The notes below the pieces were generated by a model that saw nothing but the letters and a program-made list of their open reading frames with translations, was not told where the DNA came from and did not search any database. DNA of 64,000 nucleotides. Source: an uncultured delta proteobacterium (GTDB taxonomy: Bacteria > Myxococcota > Kuafuiibacteriia > Kuafuiibacteriales > Kuafuiibacteriaceae). Positions within the stretch are counted from its first letter, which is position 1, and each line of letters opens with the position of its first letter. The stretch is from the NCBI GenBank assembly GCA_963803435.1, contig CAWDML010000001.1, positions 3,040,001-3,104,000 on the forward strand. Reading direction: 5' to 3'. The position numbers and the translations under genes are program-made. This document shows, one piece after another, positions 36,669 to 48,123 of this stretch.

Positions 36669-37568
36669 GTGTCCTCGCCAGCTGGAGGTCGCCCCGTTCG
36701 GGGGCCACGCCGTCGAATTCGGTTCGACCTCCACAAGGCGATGTTCGTCCTCCCCAATCTCTTCACGGTCTCGAGCATCTTCTGTGGCTTTTATGCGGTG
36801 ACCCTCTGCCTCAGCCCGCAGCCCGAGCCCATCCACCTGTACCGCGCCGCTGTGGCGATCTTCTTCGGCATGTTCTTCGACATGTTCGACGGTCGGGTGG
36901 CCCGATTGACGCGCACGCAGAGCGACTTCGGTGTGCAGCTCGACTCGCTGGCGGACCTGGTGTCGTTCGGCGTGGCGCCCGCGGTGCTGCTGTACAAGTG
37001 GATGCTGGCGGATCTCGGCTTCCTCGGTCTGATGGTCGGGTTCGTCTACGTGGCGTGCGGCGCGCTCCGGTTGGCGCGGTTCAACGTCCTCGCCGCGCGT
37101 GAGCATGGCTCCTCGAAGTACTTCCTCGGCCTCCCGATCCCGCTGGCCGCGGGCTCCGTGGTGTCGCTGGTGATGTCGAACTTTCCCTTCGACACGCCGT
37201 ATCTGACGCCGGTGAGCGTCGCTGTGATCGCGCTCGTCTTGTCGGGCCTCATGGTATCCAACGTCCGTTACCGGACGTTCAAGGATCTCCGCCCCTCGAA
37301 GAAGTCGATCACGATCAGCTTCGTGCTCGTCGTGATCTTCGCCGGCCTCTCGACGCGCCTGAAGCCCACGATCGCGCTGGCGTCGTTCTTCCTCGGGTAC
37401 ATCGGCCTCGGCCTGGCCGAGGGCGTGATCTTCTTCAAGGCGCGCCGTCCGCCCCGTCAGACCGCCGTCCCGGACGAGGAGTCCGAGCCCACCGAGGGCG
37501 ACGAGGAGTTCGCGGACGACGAAGACGACGACGAGGAAGAGCCCGAGATCCAGGAAGGCACCGCCTGA
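36669..37568 (+). CDS. pssA: CDP-diacylglycerol--serine O-phosphatidyltransferase
   Basis: LPNLFT, DMFDGRVAR...FGVQLDSLADLVSFGVAP, ALRLARFN, FLGLPIP; acidic C-terminal tail. Confidence 0.92.
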   Translation: MSSPAGGRPVRGPRRRIRFDLHKAMFVLPNLFTVSSIFCGFYAVTLCLSPQPEPIHLYRAAVAIFFGMFFDMFDGRVARLTRTQSDFGVQLDSLADLVSFGVAPAVLLYKWMLADLGFLGLMVGFVYVACGALRLARFNVLAAREHGSSKYFLGLPIPLAAGSVVSLVMSNFPFDTPYLTPVSVAVIALVLSGLMVSNVRYRTFKDLRPSKKSITISFVLVVIFAGLSTRLKPTIALASFFLGYIGLGLAEGVIFFKARRPPRQTAVPDEESEPTEGDEEFADDEDDDEEEPEIQEGTA

Positions 37569-37626
37569 CATCCACCCACAGGCATCTCACCGTCCGGCCT
37601 ATGACCGATGGTCCAAGCATGCGGGT

Positions 37627-39040
<1,414 letters not shown>

Positions 39041-39051
<11 letters not shown>

Positions 39052-39730
39052 ATCAAATCTCGCCCTCCTGCTCCTCCCGCTGGCGGTCGCCTGCAACGCG
39101 TCCCCGTCGGAGGGCCTCGACACCGGCACGACGACGACGCCCGACGGCGGCGTGACGAACGACGACGGCGGGACCCCGACGCCCGACTCCGGCATCCCCC
39201 CGGGCTTCGCCGTCTCCGAGAAGGCCAACCTGCGCTTCAAGGAGGTCCTCCGGCTGACCAACGACTTCGCCCAGTCCCTCGAGCTCGCGCCCGAGGAGGT
39301 CTGCAGCGAGCTCGGCCAGTACGACTGCCGCTACGTCCACAACATCGCGCTCGGCGGCGTGGAGCCGTACGAGCTGGGGCTGGTGGAGCCGACACCGTCG
39401 ACGACGATCACCACCCCCATCGCGGTGGAGCGCCTGGCCGTTCACGCCTGCGAGCTGCGCGTGACCCGCGATCTCGACAATCCGGCGGCCGCCATCTTCA
39501 AGGGGCTGCTGAGCGGATCGATCGCGAACCTCGACGACCCCGCGGTCGCGGCGATGATCGATCAGCTCTACAAGCACGCGGAGCAACGGCCCGCGAAGGA
39601 CACCGAGGTCGATCACCTGAAGCAGCTCTATCGCGACATCGACGCGCTCGGCGTCGACAACCCGGCGCGCCAGTGGGCGATCGCGACCTGCGTCGCCGTC
39701 CTCACGTCGGTCGAGACGCTGTTCTACTAG
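39041..39730 (+). CDS. Hypothetical lipoprotein
   Basis: Lipobox LAVAC, Thr/Asp/Gly linker, VCSELGQYDC; overlaps the upstream gene. Confidence 0.75.
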
Positions 39731-39741
39731 GAGGCTGCAGG

Positions 39742-41235
39742 ATGAGACTGAACAGAAGACAGATCCTCAAGAGCCTCGCGATGTGCTCGGCCGGCGGCGG
39801 CAGCGGGCTGGCGACCCTGCTCGCGGCGCGGCGCGGCGTCGCGCAGGACACGCCCAAGCCGAAGTTCTTGATCGTGGTGGCGGGCGCGGGCGGCGCCTCC
39901 CTGATCGACAGCTTCCTGGCGATCCGCACCTCGGAGGCGGGCCCGAATGGGCCGAACATCAACACCTATCAAGACAGCGAGGTGGCTACGATCGCCGACT
40001 CGCCCTTCCGCGCCGTGAACCTGTCGCGCAACGCGGTGGGCGCGATCCCGATCCCGTTCTCCTCCAACCAGAGCGCGTTCGTGTCGAAGCACAAGAACGA
40101 TCTGATGGTGGTGACGCAGACCGGGACCAGCGTGAATCACACGATCGCGCAGAAGCGATCCCTCACCGGCAACGACGCCTGGGGCGGACGCACGCTGCAG
40201 GAGGCCGTGGCCGCCTACTACGGCGCCGGCGCGCCGATCCCCAACGTCAACATGGCGGCCGGCGGCTACCTCGAGCCCGGCATCGATCGCACGCTCCCGC
40301 CCTACGCGCGTTCGGAGCCGGTGGGCCAGGCGGCGCTGTGGCCGCTCTCGCTCGACGGCCGGCGCGGGTTCAAGGGCGCGCCCTCGGAGGACGTGCTCGC
40401 GCTGGCGCGCAAGGTCCGCGATGAGAAGCTCGAGCCCGAGTCGAGCTTCGTGAAGACGTTCAACAAGAGCTCGCGCCTCGAGCTGTGGCGCGCGCAGCGG
40501 GCTCAGCAACCCAACCTGCAGTCCCTGGATCTGATCACCAAGCTCAACGTCTTCCCCGACGCGCCGCCGCAGCTCCCGCTCTCCGAGTACGGGCTGGAGC
40601 AGTCACCCGACGGCGCGGCGGTTCTTCAGGCGTTCCCGAACCTGCTGACCGATCCGCTGGAGGCGCAGGCGGCCCTGGCGTTCCTGTTGCTCAAGAACCG
40701 AGTCTCCGTGACAGTGACAATCGCGCCCTCCTTCAACGTGCTCCTCGATCTCGACGGCTTCCCGCCGCAGGTCACCAATCCGCCGCTGGCCTTCGACTTC
40801 TCGCATCAGAGCCACCGGGCGGCGCAGGCCGTCATGTGGGGGCGGATCCTGGGAATGGCGGATCGGCTGTCGGATCTGCTGAAGAGCACCGAATTCGAGG
40901 CGGGGGAGAGCTTCTGGGATCGGACGATGATCTACTTCGCGTCCGACTTCGGTCGGACCAAGCGGCGTCCTTCGAACGCAGACGATTTCGGCAGCTCGCA
41001 TGATCTGAACAACGGCTATGCGATCCTGTCGCCGCTCGCGAACGGCAACCAGGTCCTCGGCGGTGTGGACCCGACCACCGCGCTGACGTACGGCTTCGAT
41101 CCGACGACCGGCGCGCCCGATCCGGGCCGGACGATGAAGGAGATGGAGATCTACGCCGGGATCCTGCACGCCCTGGGTGTGGACACCTCCGGGAGCGGTC
41201 TTCCGGACATGCGGCCGATGCGTAAGAACGCCTGA
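39742..41235 (+). CDS. Tat-exported DUF1501-like protein
   Basis: Twin-arginine LNRRQIL, SVNH, FDFSH, SDFGRT, GSSH, GNQVLGG; RBS GGAGG precedes the ATG at 39742. Confidence 0.7.
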   Translation: MRLNRRQILKSLAMCSAGGGSGLATLLAARRGVAQDTPKPKFLIVVAGAGGASLIDSFLAIRTSEAGPNGPNINTYQDSEVATIADSPFRAVNLSRNAVGAIPIPFSSNQSAFVSKHKNDLMVVTQTGTSVNHTIAQKRSLTGNDAWGGRTLQEAVAAYYGAGAPIPNVNMAAGGYLEPGIDRTLPPYARSEPVGQAALWPLSLDGRRGFKGAPSEDVLALARKVRDEKLEPESSFVKTFNKSSRLELWRAQRAQQPNLQSLDLITKLNVFPDAPPQLPLSEYGLEQSPDGAAVLQAFPNLLTDPLEAQAALAFLLLKNRVSVTVTIAPSFNVLLDLDGFPPQVTNPPLAFDFSHQSHRAAQAVMWGRILGMADRLSDLLKSTEFEAGESFWDRTMIYFASDFGRTKRRPSNADDFGSSHDLNNGYAILSPLANGNQVLGGVDPTTALTYGFDPTTGAPDPGRTMKEMEIYAGILHALGVDTSGSGLPDMRPMRKNA

Positions 41236-41314
41236 CACCATCCCTTACAGCAGGATTGCCCACCCTGGACATCCGGCCACGGCTCCCTCCATGTTGCTTC
41301 CGCCTGGGCCAAAC

Positions 41315-44300
41315 ATGGGAAAGCTGAAGTACCTCCTCTCCGCCATACTCCTTCTGGTCTCGACGCAGGCGGGCGCGCAAGTGCTCGTCAAGACGACCCA
41401 ACCCATCACGTACACCTCGCTCCCGTCCCCCACGATCCTCGCCACGACCGGCGACGAAAACGAGTACACCGTGACGCCCCCGTTCCCGATCCAGTTCTAC
41501 GGGAGCACGTTCACGACGATCACCGTGGGCGACAATGTCGCCATCCTCTTTCCCGGGGGCCTCCAGGTCTCGCTGATCAACGAGACGCCCGGGAGCACGG
41601 TGACCCCGAACGGCTTCATCGCGCCCTTCTGGGACGACCAGGCCCAGTACGCCGCGAACATGGCGTACATCGGGCATCAAACCCAGGGCACGGCACCGAA
41701 CCGCACCTTCACCGTGGAGTGGTTCCACAACAGTCGTTACCCGACGACCGCCACTCAGTTCAGCGTCGAGGTGCGCTTCTTCGAGGGGCAGCAGCGCTAT
41801 GAGATCGACTACGGCGACATCACCGGCACCGGGACCTACAACGCGACCATGGGCATGGAGGATCCCGCGGGTGGCAACCCGTTCTTCTTCGCACCCAGCA
41901 ACTGCGTGACCCTGTGCAGCCAGGCGGACTTCGCCGCGGTCAGCAACATGCGCGTGATCATCGCGCAGCCGATCACGCCCGAGCTGACCGGGAGCTTCGG
42001 GACCAACTGGCCGCGCGGTGCTTTCCCAGGGATGACGGCGACCGGCAACCTGATCCTCCGCAACCTCGCGACCAACACGGCCACCGCGGTGCTCACGCGG
42101 GTCTACCTCTCCACCGACGGCACGCTCGATGCGTCGGATCCGATGGTCGGGAGCATCACCACGCCGACGCTCCCGAACGGCAACACGACGGCGCCGGTGA
42201 CGATCACCGTCCCGAACGGAACCCCGGTCGGCGACTACTACCTGTTCGCCCGGATCGACGCCAACGATGCGTGGTCGGAGATCAACGAGTCCGACAACGT
42301 CTTCGCCGGGCCTCGCTTCGCCACCGCGTACGAGCTCCAGCCCACGCGGGTCTCGACCAGCCTGCCCGGCATCAACCCGGGGGCCACCGCCACCTTCGAC
42401 GTGGAGATCACGAACAACGGCGTGCCGCGGGTCGGCTCGCTCGACATCAGCGTGTACGCCTCGGTCGACGACGTCCTCGACGGGATGGATCGCTTCATGT
42501 TCACGGGCACCGTGAACCTGACCGGAGCCAACGTGGAGACTGCGCCCGTCTCGGGCACGGCGCCCAACCTGGCGCCGGGGAGCTATTACGCGATCGCGGT
42601 CGTGGATCCGATGAACACGATCTCCGAGACCAACGAGGCCAACAACACGGTCGTCTCGGTGATGCCCATCCCGTCGGGCCCGGACTTCTCCGTCGCCGCG
42701 GTCACCGTCCCCGCCTCCGTCGTCCCTGGCGGAATGGCTGCGATCACCACGACGCTGGGCTCGCTGTCGGTGCCGTTCACCGGCAACGTGACCTACCGGC
42801 TGTGGGCCTCCACCGATCAGATGGTCGGGAACGACACGCTGCTCGGCAACTTCACCGCCACCTTCGCGGGGGAGGCTTCGCTCCCCGACACCGAGAACGT
42901 GCTCTTCCCGGCCCAGCTCGCCACCGGCTCGTACTACGTGATCGCTCAGGTCGACCCGACCAACGCGATCGCCGAGGTCAGCGAGACCAACAACATGGGC
43001 GTCTCTGCGACCGCGATCCTCAACGGGCCTGACTTCCGGATCACCTCTCCAACGTTCACGCCCGCGACGGCCCAGGTCGGTAACACGATCACGGTCAACG
43101 CGACGCTCAACTCGATCGGTGTCCCGTTCACCGGCAACGTCGGTTACGGCGTCTTCATCTCGCCGAACCCCGAGTTCGATCCCGGCGACGTCTTGATCTA
43201 CTCCTCGCAGGTCCTGGTCAGCGGCCTGAGCACGGCGCCGATCAGCGCCAACTTCGCGCTACCGACCGTGGTGCCCGGCACCTACACGCTCTTCGTGGTG
43301 GCGGATCCGGCGAACACCATCGCAGAGGCGAACGAGACCAACAACGCCACCGCCGGCCCCGGCAGCTTCACGGTGCAGGGCGCCGATCTGCGCGTCGCCA
43401 GCATCACCGGCGATCCGGTCGCGTTCATCGGCCGCACCTATCAGGTCACGCTCACGATCGAGAACACCGGCGTCGCCGACGCCCGCGGCTTCCAGTACGC
43501 CTACTACCTCTCGGAGGACCAGGCGATCCGCGTGTTCGACACCCAGGTGCTCATCTCCGGGACCGCCACCATCGCGGCCGGCGCGCAGCAGACGTTCGTC
43601 GACACCCTCACCTTCCCCACGTTCACCGCGACGACCTCGCTGTATCTGGGCGTCCTGGTCGACATCTACAGCCGCGTGCCCGAGACCAACCCGAACAACA
43701 ACATCGGTCACACACAGCAGCCGCTCCGCATCGTGTTCCCCATTCCGGACCTCGCGGGTTCGATCGTGGAGACCGCGACCGCCGCCGCCGCCGGCGAGCA
43801 GCTCGCCATCACCCGACAGATCACGAACGCCGGCGTCGCCGACGCCATGTCCTTCTCCTATCGCTACTACCTGTCGACCAACGCGATGATCTCGACGGAC
43901 GACATCGAGCTCGGCCGCTTCAATCTCAGCCTGCCCGAGGGCGGGGACGACTACGGCGTCGACGTCCTGACCGTGCCTTCCAACGTCTCGCCGGGCACGT
44001 ACTACCTGGGCATGATCGTGGATCCCGACGACCTCCTCGACGAGGTCGACGAGGAGAACAACGTCGCGCTCGGACCGCAGATCCCGGTGTACCGCGCCGC
44101 CATCCAGTTCGTGACCGATCGCCTCCCGAACGGCATCACCGGCGTGCCCTATCAGGTCGGCGTCTATGCCCGCGGTGGACCGCTCCCGATCACCTGGTCG
44201 GTACAGAGCGGGGCGCTCCCGGCCGGGCTCACCATCGGGGTCGATTCCGGCATCATCGGCGGCACGCCCACCTCGGAGGGCGTCTCGCAGTTCGTGCTGC

Positions 44301-45334
44301 GCGCCTCCAGCGGCACGGCCTACGCCGACAAGGCCTTCTCGATGCGGATCACCTCGCCGACGGTCCAGCTGGAGATCGCGACGCCGTCGCTGCCGTCCGC
44401 GATCGCAGGCCGCAGCTACCGGGCTACGCTGATCGCGGTCGGCGGGGTCCCGCCGTACACCTGGGAGGCGATCTCGACGCTGCCCTCCGGAATCACGCTG
44501 ACCTCGGCAGGCGTCCTCAGCGGCGTCCCGACGACGCCCGGAAATCTTCCCATCACGGTGAGCGTGCGTGACGCGATCAACAGCTCCGACTCGAAGGCCC
44601 TGGTGCTGGCCGTCCTCAACGCCAACCAGGCCGTGCAGATCACGCAGGTCCCCTTGCCGAAGGCGATCGTGGGCATGCCGTACTGTGAGCCGGAGGCGAT
44701 CCGCTTCGAGGCCCAGAACGGCGTCCCGCCCTACGGATGGAGCCTCATCGGCGAGGTGCCGGCCGGGATGAGCATGTCGGCGACCGGCGAGTTCTGCGGT
44801 GCGCCCGAGACCGCGGGTGAGTTCCCGATCGTGGTGCGCGCGCAAGATGCCACCGGCCTGTACGACACGGCGCTGTTCATCTTCGAGGTGTCGGGCGGCA
44901 ACTCGCTGACGATCTCGACCTTCACGCTTCCGGGCGGAAAGGTCGGCGAGGACTATTCGCAGAAGCTCACCGCGGTGCGCGGCACCGAGCCCTACGCATG
45001 GTCGGTGGTCGAGGGTGCTGGCGACATGCCCGCCGGGCTCACGCTGGCCGAGGACGGGAGCCTGAGCGGCAGCCCGACCGAGGACGGCCTCTTCGCCTTC
45101 GTGGTCCAGGTGCACGACGCCCAGCTCCGCACCGACACGCAGCCGCTGTCGATCCAGGTGGCGCCAGCGCCCAAGGTCGAGCCGGGCGACACCGGCTGCG
45201 GATGCAGCGCCTCCTCTGGGAGCGCCACCTTCGGCTCGCTGTGGGCGATGCTGGCGGTGGGCGCGCTCCTGGCGCTGCGCAAGCGTCAGCTGCTCTGGAA
45301 CCGGCTCTTGAGCGCGAGAAACCGCGCCTCGTAG
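41315..45334 (+). CDS. Large surface protein with CARDB and putative Ig (He_PIG-like) repeats and a MYXO-CTERM-like sorting signal
   Basis: Signal peptide; repeated DPxNxIxExNExNN (CARDB) units; YxWS..GxLPxGL..G.LSGTPT units; C-terminal GCGCSAS + TM + RKR. Confidence 0.85.
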   Translation: MGKLKYLLSAILLLVSTQAGAQVLVKTTQPITYTSLPSPTILATTGDENEYTVTPPFPIQFYGSTFTTITVGDNVAILFPGGLQVSLINETPGSTVTPNGFIAPFWDDQAQYAANMAYIGHQTQGTAPNRTFTVEWFHNSRYPTTATQFSVEVRFFEGQQRYEIDYGDITGTGTYNATMGMEDPAGGNPFFFAPSNCVTLCSQADFAAVSNMRVIIAQPITPELTGSFGTNWPRGAFPGMTATGNLILRNLATNTATAVLTRVYLSTDGTLDASDPMVGSITTPTLPNGNTTAPVTITVPNGTPVGDYYLFARIDANDAWSEINESDNVFAGPRFATAYELQPTRVSTSLPGINPGATATFDVEITNNGVPRVGSLDISVYASVDDVLDGMDRFMFTGTVNLTGANVETAPVSGTAPNLAPGSYYAIAVVDPMNTISETNEANNTVVSVMPIPSGPDFSVAAVTVPASVVPGGMAAITTTLGSLSVPFTGNVTYRLWASTDQMVGNDTLLGNFTATFAGEASLPDTENVLFPAQLATGSYYVIAQVDPTNAIAEVSETNNMGVSATAILNGPDFRITSPTFTPATAQVGNTITVNATLNSIGVPFTGNVGYGVFISPNPEFDPGDVLIYSSQVLVSGLSTAPISANFALPTVVPGTYTLFVVADPANTIAEANETNNATAGPGSFTVQGADLRVASITGDPVAFIGRTYQVTLTIENTGVADARGFQYAYYLSEDQAIRVFDTQVLISGTATIAAGAQQTFVDTLTFPTFTATTSLYLGVLVDIYSRVPETNPNNNIGHTQQPLRIVFPIPDLAGSIVETATAAAAGEQLAITRQITNAGVADAMSFSYRYYLSTNAMISTDDIELGRFNLSLPEGGDDYGVDVLTVPSNVSPGTYYLGMIVDPDDLLDEVDEENNVALGPQIPVYRAAIQFVTDRLPNGITGVPYQVGVYARGGPLPITWSVQSGALPAGLTIGVDSGIIGGTPTSEGVSQFVLRASSGTAYADKAFSMRITSPTVQLEIATPSLPSAIAGRSYRATLIAVGGVPPYTWEAISTLPSGITLTSAGVLSGVPTTPGNLPITVSVRDAINSSDSKALVLAVLNANQAVQITQVPLPKAIVGMPYCEPEAIRFEAQNGVPPYGWSLIGEVPAGMSMSATGEFCGAPETAGEFPIVVRAQDATGLYDTALFIFEVSGGNSLTISTFTLPGGKVGEDYSQKLTAVRGTEPYAWSVVEGAGDMPAGLTLAEDGSLSGSPTEDGLFAFVVQVHDAQLRTDTQPLSIQVAPAPKVEPGDTGCGCSASSGSATFGSLWAMLAVGALLALRKRQLLWNRLLSARNRAS

Positions 45335-46377
45335 AAGCGGAAGCTCACCTCGGCGACCAGCCAGGTCGCCAGCGACACCAGCACGAAGTCCAGCAGGACC
45401 ACGCCGTCCAGGCCCGCCTTCGCCATGCCGGCCAGGACACCGTGGCGCACCAGCAGGTGGAACAGATACATGCCGTAGCTGACCACGCCGATGCGGACGA
45501 TCGGCTTGAGAGAGAGGAGCGGGGCGAGCACGTGGCCCTCGCGGATCACGACGCTCGCCAGAAAGATCGCCATCGTGAGCTGGATCAGGAGGCGAGGCGC
45601 GCCGCTGATGTCGGCGGGCGCCACGACCACGAGGAGCCCGACGACGCCGGCGGCGAAGGCGCTCGACCAGCGCGAGCCGAGGAGTCGATAAAAGACGGCG
45701 AAGCTGGCCGGGCGGTGGAGCAGGTGCGCCAGCAGTACGCCGAGGGCGATGGGCGTGAAGGTCGCGTCGAAGATCTCCGGCTGGTGGCCGGGGGTGTAGA
45801 TCCGGTCGAGCAGGGGATCGAACAGGCCGAAGTTCACCAGCTGGTTCAGCAGCAGCACCACCGCGATCACGACGAACACGGCCCAGCCCTTGATCAGCTT
45901 CTCGACGCTCGGCCACACCAGATAGAACTGCTCTTCGGTCGCGAGCGACCAGGTGATCCCGAGATTGTGCGCGTGCACGGACAGGAAGTTGCAGAGGTAG
46001 AGCAGGTAGAAGGGGAGCCGGTGCACGAGCACCTGCGTGTCGTCATCCTGCGGCTTGAAGACCAGATAGATCGCGGCGAGCGCGAGGATCAGGCCGTAGT
46101 AGACCGGGAAGATGCGGAGGGTGCGCCGTACGTAGAAGTCCTTGATCGAGACGTCCCCGGTCCGCTCCTTCTCGCGGAGGAGCAGCGTCACGATGAGGAA
46201 GCCAGAGAGGACAAAGAACATGTCGACGCCCAGGAACCCGCGTCCCGCCCAACCGGCGCCGATCCAGGCGTGGTCCGTGTGATGCCAGACCACCGCCAGG
46301 ATGCTGAAGCAGCGGATGCCGTCGAGGCTGCCGAAGTGACGGGTCCGGCGGAAGGCGTCGTGAGCCTCGGTCGTCAC
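45286..46377 (-). CDS. Acyltransferase family 3 (OafA-like O-acyltransferase)
   Basis: SLDGIR, GVDMFFVLSGFLI, FYVRRTLRIFP, TWSLATEEQFY, SYGMYLFH. Confidence 0.92.
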   Translation of the reverse strand: MTTEAHDAFRRTRHFGSLDGIRCFSILAVVWHHTDHAWIGAGWAGRGFLGVDMFFVLSGFLIVTLLLREKERTGDVSIKDFYVRRTLRIFPVYYGLILALAAIYLVFKPQDDDTQVLVHRLPFYLLYLCNFLSVHAHNLGITWSLATEEQFYLVWPSVEKLIKGWAVFVVIAVVLLLNQLVNFGLFDPLLDRIYTPGHQPEIFDATFTPIALGVLLAHLLHRPASFAVFYRLLGSRWSSAFAAGVVGLLVVVAPADISGAPRLLIQLTMAIFLASVVIREGHVLAPLLSLKPIVRIGVVSYGMYLFHLLVRHGVLAGMAKAGLDGVVLLDFVLVSLATWLVAEVSFRFYEARFLALKSRFQSS

Positions 46378-46476
46378 GGGGCCGGCCTATCCCGGTTGTC
46401 GGATCCTGCACACAGAGTTGCTCGAATAGTGCACAGGGGGCCCCGTCGCCCGACCGGGTCCGCCAGCCCTTCAGTG

Positions 46477-46491
46477 TGGCCCGGAGGTTGC
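46477..46491 (+). promoter_or_regulatory. Putative sigma-54 promoter (-24/-12)
   Basis: TGGCCCGGAGGTTGC fits TGGC-N7-TTGC (GG-N10-GC) upstream of the hypothetical ORF. Confidence 0.4.
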
Positions 46492-46504
46492 GTAAGGACG
46501 GCCT

Positions 46505-46921
46505 GTGCAGCTCGCGCGGAGACTGGACTTCGATCCGACGACCCAGGGCCGGGGCCGCCGCCGCCGCCGCCGCGAGGACACGCCGGTCATGACCCTCCTC
46601 CGGCTCCCGCTCGGCGTCATCTCCGCGGAGCGCTGGGACCGCACGCCCCTCGCCCCCCGCACCCAGAGCCTCCGCCTCCTGGGTGCCCGGCGGCTCGCCC
46701 CCATCGGCTGCGTGCTGGTGGAGCAGGGCGGCGAGCTCGAGCGCTGGTCGGTGCATCCGGTGCCCCCCGAGGTCTCGTCGAGCGGCTACTGGGTGGCGAG
46801 CGAGGCCCGGCTCCTCACGCTCGACGCGGCCGACGCCCAGCTCCTCCCGCTCGAGGTCGGCCGCCCGCACGTCCTGATCCCCGACCGCCCAGGCTCGGAC
46901 GCGATCGTGACGTTGGCTTAG
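46505..46921 (+). CDS. Hypothetical protein
   Basis: ORF with host-like codon usage; true start may be the ATG at 46589 (MTLLRL). Confidence 0.5.
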   Translation: MQLARRLDFDPTTQGRGRRRRRREDTPVMTLLRLPLGVISAERWDRTPLAPRTQSLRLLGARRLAPIGCVLVEQGGELERWSVHPVPPEVSSSGYWVASEARLLTLDAADAQLLPLEVGRPHVLIPDRPGSDAIVTLA

Positions 46922-46987
46922 CTAAGAGCCGGTCCGAAAACCTCCGGACCGTTCCGCGTTTCCTGTTTCGCTCGTTCTGCTCATTCG

Positions 46988-47521
46988 CTATTCAAAGCGG
47001 CCGTTGTTGCATCGTGCTCGATCGAGTGTTCTGCAGAGTCGATGCAGGCAAGATTCGCAAGTCTTCCGGACGCCCTGTGGAAACGCATTGAGCCGTGACT
47101 CCCGAAGCGAGGTCCAAGGCCGCGCGGGATCGGCGCAGCTGATGATCGCGTTGTCGTCCTGCTCCATGCTCTTCAGGATCACCACCACGCCGCTCTTCTT
47201 TCCCCGATAGTGAGGCGCGACGAACTCTTCCTTCCGGACGCCCTTCGGTGCCGAGAGGATCTCGATGTGGTGTCGCTTCGCATAAGCCTCCACTTGCTTG
47301 CGGTAGTCGGTCGTTCGCTTCGCGAGCACCTTCGGGGTGATGCACGGGATCCCGCAGAATCCGCGCAGCACGATTCGGTCCCAGACGCCGCACGCGAAGT
47401 GCACGAGATGTCCGAAGAGCTCCATGAACCGCTCCATCCCGTGATCTTCTCGCGCTGAACCCTGTTCGTTGAGCTCCGGCCACCCGAACGAGTCCAAACC
47501 ACCGTGAAGACGTGCTCTCAT
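46988..47521 (-). mobile_element. Internally deleted transposase-like remnant
   Basis: WDRIVLRG, KGVRKEEF, GVVVILKSME and DNAIISCADP resemble separated pieces of a larger IS-associated protein, recalled from memory; atypical composition. Confidence 0.45.
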
Positions 47522-47554
47522 CCCACGCGATCCGAGGCGATAGGAGCAGCCCTT

Positions 47555-47796
47555 CAGCGATTCACCGATTTTGAAGGTCTGGCAGCGAAGCCATGCGCTC
47601 GTTCTGCAGATCTACCGACTCACCACCGGCTTCCCGGACGACGAGCGCTACGGCCTGGTCTCCCAGATCCCTGCTGATCCTGAGTCGCGACCTCGGGCTC
47701 GTCACCGCGAAGGCAGCGGAGCCGATTCGCGCGGAACTCGACGAGATCGCCCGCATGCTCAACGGCCTCCGCGGTAAGGTCGAACGGAGCGCATAG
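47555..47796 (+). pseudogene. Four-helix-bundle (23S rRNA IVP-like) protein pseudogene
   Basis: (QRFTD)LKVWQRSHALVLQIYRLTTGFPDDERYGLVSQI joined out of frame to LLILSRDLG...EIARMLNGL; the central RRAxxSxxxNIAEG segment is missing and there is no start codon. Confidence 0.75.
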
Positions 47797-48123
47797 CTCC
47801 GCGCCCTGTGAACTCTCAACCGTTGACTGTCGACTGGGGCCGTCTCTGTGAGCTTTCAGGTTTACCTGGTTAGGTCAGTTGGCGGACGCCAGCGTGAAAA
47901 GAGCCGCGATGCGAGCGCCGCGCGGGATCCTTTGTCACGCCGACACCAGGCGCAGAGACGTCTTTACCTCTTTCGCCCGCAGCTTGCGGAGGTCATACGA
48001 GGCCTGGGCGGACGATCTCGGGTCCTTCGTGCACAAGATGTCAGTAGCGCGGGCATCGCCCTTCATGAGCTGAAGACGAGCAGCGAATGCCAGAACAAGT
48101 GCACCACGGAATAGCGGACGGAT

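Noticed and set aside
36669-37568. pssA as part of the serine-lipid/PKS pathway
   Set aside because: It is 13 kb from the cluster, in a separate transcription unit, and is an ordinary housekeeping gene
43259-47091. Very long alternative ORFs (885 aa minus, 697 aa plus), and similar ones such as 54479-57505 and 50607-52601
   Set aside because: Antisense or off-frame shadows expected in ~70% GC DNA; they overlap well-supported genes and have no motifs
47555-47796. Four-helix bundle as the Avd component of a diversity-generating retroelement
   Set aside because: No reverse transcriptase and no template/variable repeat pair seen; the gene is broken
47848-48114. Short ORFs between the pseudogene and the EEP gene
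   Set aside because: No motifs, atypical codon usage, no clear RBS
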